Positions 50,889 to 61,073 of a stretch of DNA of 61,073 nt are shown here, piece after piece. Positions within the stretch are counted from its first letter, which is position 1, and each line of letters begins with the position of its first letter. The notes under the pieces are model-generated. The model was not told the origin of the DNA and did no database searches. It was given only the letters and a program-made list of their open reading frames with translations. Source of the stretch: Halocafeteria seosinensis (lineage: Eukaryota); the NCBI GenBank assembly GCA_001687465.1, contig LVLI01000566.1, forward strand, positions 1 to 61,073. Direction: 5' to 3'. The position numbers were made by a program, and so were the translations under genes.

Positions 50889-52701
50889 ATGTTGTCCCAA
50901 CTTGTCTCCAATAATCATGGCCGCAAATCGGCCTCGAATAAAGGCTCTGGGAAGCCTAAAAACCCCAAAATAGAGGCGCGCCGACGGCATCCAAGTACCC
51001 ATTCTACCTCTTCAGAGAACCATAAAACCCATAAAACGGGTGATTCTGGAGCCCACAAGAAGCATGTGACTTCCATAAAGCCCTCTGGTCAAAATGAAGG
51101 AAAACAGCGCCAGGAAGGAAGCAGAAAGAAAGGAGGAGCAGCTTTGGAAGACCGTACTAACCGCCGCGAAAATCATTATCATCGCCATAATGACGATGAA
51201 GGGCGCTCATCCGACTCTCATACAAACAGCGACGATACCGGGAGAAAGAGGAGTAGCCAACGGCAGTCGTCTCCGAAAGCTCCTGCTGCGCAGCAAGTCG
51301 TGACAAGCTCCATTTCGGATGATAATGAGGACCAACAGATGGGCCGTCACACTACAGCATCTACGCACTCATCCACCACCGCCCCCTCGCCCAGAAAAAA
51401 GCAAACGTCTTTTTCGCCTTTGAGAGACAACTCTCGCCGGCAGGGGGGATATTCGACGACAAGCACCAACGGGACAAATGAAACGAATTTGATGACAAGT
51501 GAATTCCACCACTCCAATCCTCATCAACCCGATGTTGCAATGCATCCTCAGCATCAGGCTCCCCACCAAAGGCAACAGCAGACGGAACCCTCGCGGGCAG
51601 CATCGTACCTTCTGCCGCCACAACAGCCCCATATTGCGTTCGGAGGGGAATCTGTGCCGGTCAATGCTCCCCCTGCCGAATATGCACATCACGGACATGT
51701 CCCACTTGAACAACCCAAACCTCTAGGGGCTTTTCAGCAACCAGGGGTCTCACACTCAGGCGCAGCAACCTCTCAATTCTCAACAGAGAGGGAAACTCAA
51801 TTCCTTCCACCTGAACAAAGCCACTACAGAAACCCAGGATACGAGTATGCTCGGCAGGGGTATTCAGCACTTGACGATATCATTTCGAAAAGCAATGGAG
51901 GCAATGCCGCAGCTAGAAGTGCGGAAGAGGTAAGGTCTCCCACAATCGCATTTTTTGACACGTTTGCAAGAATACTTCTATCCCTATTGCAGTATGAACG
52001 TATAATTGCACGATTGCGAACTCAGTTTGAAGAGCTGAGGCACCTGCGGACCACGGAAGCGGAATCCGCACTGAACTCTGCACGGAGAACATGGGAGGCG
52101 AGAGTGTCAGCCCAGCAATCAGTGTTGGACCATCTGAGACAAGAACTGCATGAAACCAAAGAAGAACTGAAGCGCGAACGGTCGCAAGCGAAGAGTTTCC
52201 CAGTGCGGCACAAGGAGAGTTCTGCCGAATACAGGGCGATGCAAGAAGAGCTTGAAAATGTACGAGCTGAAAACGATGAACTGCGGAGACAATGTAAGTG
52301 TATATTTCTTCGTTGTTTTCCCCGTCAGTGTCGCGCATCAATTTGCCAATTGCGTTTGTAATGCAGTGTCGGAAGCAGAATCGCAACGCGTGGATCATCA
52401 TCACCTTCGGGTGCAGTCTGAGTGCAATAAATTCTATGAGATCCTCTCCAACATGCACATTGAAAAGCATTCGAAACGGGATGACACGTTCATAGTCACG
52501 TTGAAGAACACTCGTCCAAGTGTCAAGTTTACATTGGAATACACTGTAAATCCTTCAACAGGGATGGGAGAAATTTCGTACAGTCCCCTGGCCGGTACGG
52601 AATCACTGCCGGACTACTTGCAAGAAGATATTGCGTTCGACGAAGACCAAGGACCAATGTTCATATCACGGCTTGTTGAAGCCGTCTTTGGTACCGCATA
52701 G
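50889..52701 (+). CDS. Monopolin Csm1/Pcs1-like protein (disordered N-terminus, coiled coil, RWD-like C-terminus), ~558 aa
   Basis: Exons 50889-51929, 51993-52293, 52367-52701. C-terminal FYEILSNMHI...FTL...YSP...LPDYLQEDIAFDEDQGPMFISRL resembles the Csm1 globular domain. Confidence 0.65.
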
Positions 52702-52702
52702 A

Positions 52703-54439
52703 CTATTTTTTCTCCATTGTCTTTCGATGCGCTCGTCTCTGCTGCTGTTTAGCATTCAGTTCAGACTCAGCAATGGTCACATTGAAGGTTTTCTTTCCCC
52801 ACCTAGTAGCCTGGTCGTAAGTGCCGGGTGCAACGTTTTCTTCCCCACTTGCGTAATGGAAGCGCGCTTGTCTCCCAATTCTGCCTCCTGGACTAGTTGA
52901 CCTCGGCTCTTTGCCATAATTACCAGGACCGGGGTTTACATTTGTTTCCGGACTAGACAAGTTGAAAGGATCCACGGCTTTCTTGTTGAAACGATCAAGT
53001 GGCCCCGATGACATCATGCCAGTGCCATCCTGCTGTCGAAGGTTGTAGGTGCGACGAATCCAGGGTAAACTGATGTTCGAGGGGCCCTGAGTGACGATAT
53101 CAGGATCTGTATTATGTGCCATAGCAGCTGTTCGATTGTTCGTAGAGGTGAACATCCAAGACGACTGTTTCTTGTGCCCCCCACGCGGGCGTTGCCTTGT
53201 TGTGGAGTTATACGTTCCCGGAGCAGGACTTTCCTGTGTACTGTCAGCAGCTTTCTTAAAGCGAGTACCCGACGTATTAAATCCAGGAGCAGCCTGATGC
53301 TTGATCTGATGCTTCGGTATATCGGAACGATACTGACCAGGGCCTGGCGCATTTGTTACATCGGTTACATGAAACCTCGGAGCGCTGCTACTGAAAGATG
53401 GCGTATCCTCTCGATTACTACGCTGACTGTTTCGCGAACCGCCTGTAACGGTACCCACTAATTCACTAAGCCTGCTACTGGCGCCTCGCGTTCCTGAGCG
53501 TGACGATCGACCTACCACAGGGTTATATTGGCCCGGTCCTGGTGAATGGGCCCCTCTCCACTCTTCGAGGTCATTCTGAAATCGATCAGCACCACTAAAT
53601 CCACGATGTATCCCTTTGGGAGCGCTCCGAGCTCTATAGAATCCGTCAGTATACCGCGTTTGCTCCGACAAGTAAGCAGCGGGACCAGGTGCATTTGATT
53701 TCCTTTCAAGATTGACTCGTCGAGAAGTGGAGGAGAATCCAGATGATAAGTTTAGATCCGAAACAGACTTTGGACGATAATCTTGGGAATATTGACCGGG
53801 AGCCGGACTAGTACCTCTAACAGGCATCCCCGTAGGTCGGGCAGACCGGCTTTGAGAATACGATGCCGGCCTCGGTTTCTGTACATCGTAACGCGAGTCA
53901 TATTCTCCTGGACCGACTTGACCGTACTTGCTCTTATTGACAGGAATCGGTTCAAGCTCGCCGGCTTCATTCTCGTCGTAACCCAATTCCAGAGCTGCTG
54001 TTGGAATCGTGGGCGCCGTAGATACCCGATGCGAAGATGACTCCCTCGAGGGGGATCTTGAGGAATGAGCTGATCGTGGGTTTTGGCTGGTGCTCATTGG
54101 ACGTACGCCATCCCATCGTTTGACATCATAGCCTCCGGGGCCAGGGGACTCGTCTGGTCTGTACATGAACCTCTTGGAGCTAGCCGAGAACGACACCCGG
54201 GTCCCTTTGTCGGAGGACCTTGAGATCCACTTTTGATCGTTGCCGTTGTATGTGCCGGGGCCGGGGTAATCGTAGCCCTTCCGGGAACCTCGCGAACCAG
54301 ACACCCCAAATCCAACCGTATTTGGTCGATCGCGTCGCACGCTGCTTTTAGCCGCCTCATATGCTCCTGGGCCGAGTTGGTCCTCTCCTCCAACCCTCGG
54401 TACTTCCCTCGATTGAGCTCGTGGGAATCCGTACGACAT
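52703..54439 (-). CDS. SHIPPO-repeat (ODF3/STPG-like) ciliary microtubule-associated protein, 578 aa
   Basis: Many (P)GPGxY / PAPGxY repeats alternating with FSSxxxRF motifs. Intronless ORF. Confidence 0.88.
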   Translation of the reverse strand: MSYGFPRAQSREVPRVGGEDQLGPGAYEAAKSSVRRDRPNTVGFGVSGSRGSRKGYDYPGPGTYNGNDQKWISRSSDKGTRVSFSASSKRFMYRPDESPGPGGYDVKRWDGVRPMSTSQNPRSAHSSRSPSRESSSHRVSTAPTIPTAALELGYDENEAGELEPIPVNKSKYGQVGPGEYDSRYDVQKPRPASYSQSRSARPTGMPVRGTSPAPGQYSQDYRPKSVSDLNLSSGFSSTSRRVNLERKSNAPGPAAYLSEQTRYTDGFYRARSAPKGIHRGFSGADRFQNDLEEWRGAHSPGPGQYNPVVGRSSRSGTRGASSRLSELVGTVTGGSRNSQRSNREDTPSFSSSAPRFHVTDVTNAPGPGQYRSDIPKHQIKHQAAPGFNTSGTRFKKAADSTQESPAPGTYNSTTRQRPRGGHKKQSSWMFTSTNNRTAAMAHNTDPDIVTQGPSNISLPWIRRTYNLRQQDGTGMMSSGPLDRFNKKAVDPFNLSSPETNVNPGPGNYGKEPRSTSPGGRIGRQARFHYASGEENVAPGTYDQATRWGKKTFNVTIAESELNAKQQQRRAHRKTMEKK

Positions 54440-54689
54440 TATGTCTCGCTAAAAAGAAATTGTCTTCTCCCAGTTGCGATGATAAATGTATAAGAAACTA
54501 TGTTGCGAACAATTCAACTTCTGGCGGTTCTAGGCGCGTTTTTTCGGTGCATTCTCTATAGCTGCTCGCCTTCAGGAAAACTAATTCGTCCAACCACTAT
54601 GATGACTGACATTGTATGAACGGTAACGAGACATACACAACAGCAGCATGTATTTTTCTAGTAGCCACAAAAGTTCGACGCGCGCTAAC

Positions 54690-55260
54690 GTTGGAGAACG
54701 CTGCGACCGGTCGCAACAACATACACTACTATCAACAACGGGTTCTGGTGTTCGGATTTGTGTATGGTGTTATTTGTTGCAGCTGTTTGTAATCCTGTAA
54801 TACGTCCTTCCCGTGTGCCACTGACATCTCCTCGAGTATAACAATCTATACTACCATATGTACATATATGCTTCGCTCCCATCGTCTGTTGTATCAGCTT
54901 CACACTACCGATACAGTGATGCCTCCAGTTCCCACTGCAGGTGTTTGTGATAAACGAATCCATTGTTAAAAGTAACTGAAAACCAGTATCACTCCCCGTA
55001 ATACCACCACCCCTGCCAGCTGAGTACCTGTCGCCTGTGGAAAAGGGGTTACACTTCGCATTCTGTCCACAAACGCAACCTGCACGTTGCTATTCGATAT
55101 TCCCCGTGGAATAACAGTTCGTGATAGTGACAATCACATAATTGCATCCTACACAAAATGCTTTCTTTCCTTGTGGCCATGTAATATGTAGTCTACGAAG
55201 CTACATGAGGATGTGTCAACTCTCGCCAGTTACCAACAGTGACTAGCTGTCAGCTAGCCG
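54690..55260 (-). pseudogene. Degenerate GLUG-like beta-helix repeat gene
   Basis: One frame reads VTITNCYSTGNIE*QRAGCVCG...STGD...GGGITG...CYTRGDVSGTREGRITG, with a stop and scrambled segments. Confidence 0.5.
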
Positions 55261-55485
55261 TTACGGAGCTAGGCCTAGGCGCAGCGATTCACGTGATACC
55301 TCACGTCACTACTGGTAGTGCCACTGGAGGCCGTAAATATTTGCAACGGTGATTGACATGTTTTGGCTCCACTATGAAGGGGAATTTTTATCCACCAGGA
55401 AAGCAGAAATGAAGTGCGCCGCGTAACAATAAATTCTTCCAAATGACCCTCCGATTTGTACATTGTACAGTTGTACAACTGTACC

Positions 55486-56590
55486 ATGGGGACTTTTATT
55501 GGACCTGCCCTGCGATGTTTTCTTGCTTTGACGACACTGAGTATTCGAGCGTCTGCATCGAAGAAAAAGTACTTATACATCGATTCATTTGCGGACAAAA
55601 ATTTGACCAACCGCGCTTCATTACACAATGTGCCGCACCCTGAGATAAATGCCAACGATGTTGCTCACGGCCGAATAGAATGGAAAATTCTTCGCCCGCA
55701 AGAATCTGCCAATATTCGCTGGGGAATTAGTCCCTACGAACACGGCCCAGCATTTGAACTTGGCGATTCTGTTGGTCCAATGATTGCATCCAAACAACTA
55801 TTCAGCGTGCTGCCAAATGGTTTTGAATTTCGCGCCTACCGGTATATCTACACTGATATGACCTGGGGAGGTTGGTTCTTACAGCTACTATTTCATACAG
55901 GGGCGACATTTGAGTTTCAAAGACAAATAAAAACATACGCACCTCCCAAGTCACATCTATTTCGAGATCCTGATGGAGTTCAGTTCATAAATGGAACGAC
56001 TCCAGACGGATGGTACCTGGTTTCGCTGAAAGTGCAGCCCACCGGCTACTACCGAGCAAAGTTGGAGGGCCTTTCCCCATATCACCATCCTCTAATACTA
56101 CGTATACATGGGAACGGCAACTAGCAGAAATTCCTGCAGATGGGACTATTCAATTCGGTGGGAAGGGATGCCGGGACGGGTCCACTCCTTTTGGGGGTTG
56201 TCAGTTGCAAAGACTAGACAATGTGGTGGTTACGATCCCTGACCAACCGTTTTTCTGCAATGGTAATGAATCACCGGATTACAACTCACGGACATGCCGG
56301 CCTCATCAAACCAGAGAGCAGAGAAATGCCCTCTGGAGACGCACGGATGTGCCGGTAAAGCGGCCAAGGAGGAGTATTCGAGTACGTGATATTTAGAAAC
56401 TTGCACTACCTGTTTCGAGGGATGTTGGCGGAATGGTGGAGCTTTTTTCCAGGCCAGGGGGAGGACGACTATCCACTAGCATGCGGTGAACGGCACCCTT
56501 TTTATTGTAAGAAGCAGTGGTATGGGCCTTGCTTCCTCTCTGGAGATGTGGCATAAACCCCAAACATTCGCCAACCACTCGTACAGTAAT
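55486..56590 (+). pseudogene. Frameshifted gene for a putative secreted protein
   Basis: ATG 55486 with signal-like MGTFIGPALRCFLALTTLSIRASA. Coding-like frame switches near 56065 (TTGGAGGGCCTTTC) and again near 56320, with internal stops. Confidence 0.45.
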
Positions 56591-56621
56591 ATCAGTGGGA
56601 GAGTAAACACTACAGTTTCAT

Positions 56622-58491
<1,870 letters not shown>

Positions 58492-59229
58492 CCTTGAAGA
58501 AAAGAATATATACATATATATACACACGAAAGAGACATGACAATCCGTATTGCAGAGGGTAACTTAGTAGTGGTATAAAGACTGGGAGCACTCAAGGATG
58601 TGAACCTCGCACTCTCGAGACAGACTGTGACATGAGGCTCATGATGAGGACACACTTCCTTCTGGAGTCTCTCTGGAATTCCGCGGACCGTCTTCATTTA
58701 CAACAGTTTGGGAGCTTTTCATGGAAAGCAGTTAGCTTTCCTAATAACTAGACTAAGTATCCTACTTTCTCAGACGAGCACTATACATATCATCCGGATG
58801 TTCATCCAGGCCAACACCTCGCACAAGTGCGGCACAACTACCAGCCCAAAGTCTTCCACATCCGGGCAAGGATGGTCCAAGATGCTCAAACATGCTTACG
58901 TTCGAAGGATTCCCGATTCAGGGTGCTAGCGTTGATAAGAGTAGGAGGCCTTAGATCTTCCACGGCATGAATATCTCCATTTAGCTGGTACGCCATAATA
59001 TACATTACTACTACTTCTTCCTAGTGACCTTAGTGCTGTGAGAGAATGTTCAGCAGCTCCTCGCAAGAGGAGTTCCAATCTCAGCGAGATATAACCTTTC
59101 GAGCGACCGCTGTGTTGTGGTCGATGACGAGGTAGGCACCATACTCATTCACATATACCGTTGTACCTTTTGTCCGCTACTAGACATGAGCGAACATCCA
59201 TCATATAAATGTTAAGCCGCGTCGGTCTT

Positions 59230-60273
59230 TTATTCCGGAACATGCAATACCTCACCACGAATGCCGATGGAATTCTGCACTACAAAAACGCACTGACGGT
59301 ACGACAGTAGTCCGAGTGGCAGAGTACGCAACATACTTTCTGTCCAAGAGGAATCAATGTTTCGGCATTCAGCTCGTATAGAATGGGCACTCCAGTGGGA
59401 ATATGTAGATCAATGACCTCCTGAGCATTCAATCCTTCAATTGAGGCTAGTATAGCCCGCAGGGAATTACCATGTGCCACAACAAGGGGAAAACGTCCTC
59501 CGAGACATACGGGCAATAGCTCTGAGTTCCAGAAAGGAAGTAACCTCTTCCATGTGCATTCTAAGGATTCCGTTCGAGGCAAATCCGGAATACCGATATA
59601 GCGCGCCTCATCAAGAGTCCAATGTGGATGTTCGGGTCCCATAGTCGGAGGGATAGCATCCCATGTCCGCCTCCATTTATGCACCATCTCTTTATCCATT
59701 GACCGCGCCGCCTCTTCCTTGTTCTTACCTTGCAATGCTCCATAGTGTCGCTCGTTTAGCCTCCAGTGACAGGACTGCACCATAAGGTCATCATACCTGG
59801 TTAAAACTGTTTACAGTGCAACACATCATCTTACCTGAGGTATGAACATTTTATTTGTTTCCTCTAGAATCAGCCACAAAGTCTTAATGGAACGCGAGAG
59901 GACAGATGCGAATGCAATGTCAAACTCCCTCGCCTTTGGATGTTGCAGGATGGCTTTCCCAGCACACTGAGCTTGCTTTTGTCCTGTAAAAGACTATATA
60001 GTCCTCAATCACTGTGTTCACGATGGTACCGTCATCCAAAAGTTCTCACCGTAAGAAGTTAATGGCACATCTACCCAGCCTGTAAAGCGATTCTCGTGGT
60101 TCCATATACTTTCACTGCACTAATGGAAGAAATATGCAAGTTCCGTTCCTACTATCTCGTCTGTCTCAATTCAATTCGTGTACCCATGGCATGCCATACA
60201 CTTACCCGTGGCGCATAAGTATCATGGATACAGTCTTCCGGGAAGAAGTTGTCGACCATCGCGCAGCTTGCAT
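59230..60273 (-). CDS. PGAM: 2,3-bisphosphoglycerate-dependent phosphoglycerate mutase, ~254 aa
   Basis: Exons 60206-60273, 60050-60114, 59835-59983, 59337-59774, 59230-59274. Motifs [47 protein letters not shown]. Start and last exon less certain. Confidence 0.92.
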
Positions 60274-60522
60274 TCCCGCTTGCTAATAGCAACACCGACC
60301 CAAAAGAATGGATAAGAACGTACAACTTGTTTTATAATAAGCTTAATGACTGGTACAGCTCGTTATCCAGACCACCTTCACAACGTCCTGTTTTTCCCAA
60401 TACGTGGCCAGTCAGCTCTATCTTTATGAACTATCAAATTTGAATTCAAAGCATTCATCTATCTACAATCGTGATACGGTTAATGGGGCTGATACTGCTC
60501 TCTACACATGAAGGCCTTAGGC

Positions 60523-61073
60523 CAGGGCTGTGGCGCAGCTCGGCCCGCGGGGTATCGGGCGGGCATGGCTTTTCGCTCGGCCGGAAAGGTCCCGGGCGCC
60601 GGGCGACGGAACGGGCGCCGAACTTCACAAACAGTTTCTTCCAACTTCACAAAGGTACTTCTAACATGATTTGACGCATTTCATTCCTCATTCTATTGTT
60701 AGTAACTTACTCTATTTCTATCGCTGAAGGATATTGATCCTTCTCTCCGGGTTGTTGTCTATATCATCTTCACTGAGGCAAGTAGGGGCGTTTGCAGAGG
60801 GCCCATCGGCGTTCACGAAGTGGAGTCAAGGCGGCCTAGCTGAGCATGGTCGCTTAAATTAAGCCAATTGCAGCTAGCACTACCCAGTCTCCCGTGTTCC
60901 TGCTGTGAATGGGTTCCAACGAAGCCAATGTTTCTGGGAATACAGTTGTGGAATCACATATAGACCCAATACAACTGTAATAGATGGATCATATCTGGGT
61001 TGACTCCGCCCGAAGCAGCCCGCAGCCCGAAGACCCTCGAGCCTCGGGCGGACCGGAGCCCGGCCCGAGAGAC
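60523..61073. mobile_element. Candidate non-autonomous DNA transposon (MITE/hAT-like), right end outside the window
   Basis: GC-rich block 60523-60620 starts CAGGGCTG and is rich in CGGGC. GC-rich block ~61005-61073 is rich in the inverse GCCCG. The interior appears non-coding. Confidence 0.35.

Noticed and set aside
46624..54439. Ciliary gene cluster (EFHC-like and SHIPPO-repeat genes)
   Set aside because: Only two genes, separated by an unrelated one. Ciliary genes are numerous, so proximity is expected by chance.
60475..60600. RNase MRP/P-like motifs (AATGGGGCT and GGAAAGGTCCC)
   Set aside because: The two putative P4 strands are in the wrong order, and no upstream partner was found.

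Overview
Compact, gene-dense eukaryotic DNA with short (~50-100 nt) GT-AG introns; the ORF track splits most genes. By hand-splicing I recover: a kinesin-3 ending in a polybasic CaaX box, a ~3980-aa BEACH-WD40 protein, an ERp29/PDI-like protein lacking CxxC, COX19, two hypothetical proteins, tRNA-Lys(UUU), an ABCB10/MDL1-like half transporter, two tandem full-length cobalamin-dependent methionine synthases (4 introns vs 1), a secreted Cys-rich EPDR-like protein, an EFHC/Rib72-like DM10 protein, a Csm1/monopolin-like protein, a SHIPPO-repeat protein, a secreted GH14 beta-amylase and a cofactor-dependent phosphoglycerate mutase. Degenerate patches (1-6.1 kb, 24.4-26.6 kb, 54.6-56.6 kb, 60.5 kb-end) hold pseudogenes and mobile-element traces, including a 42-bp (TG)n-tailed insertion with a 9-bp target-site duplication. 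Gene content suggests a flagellated heterotrophic protist, possibly a stramenopile (inference only). The most notable features are the diverged METH pair with shared upstream blocks and the putatively prenylated kinesin. All homology calls come from motif recognition, not database searches, and I found no unambiguous new multi-gene system.
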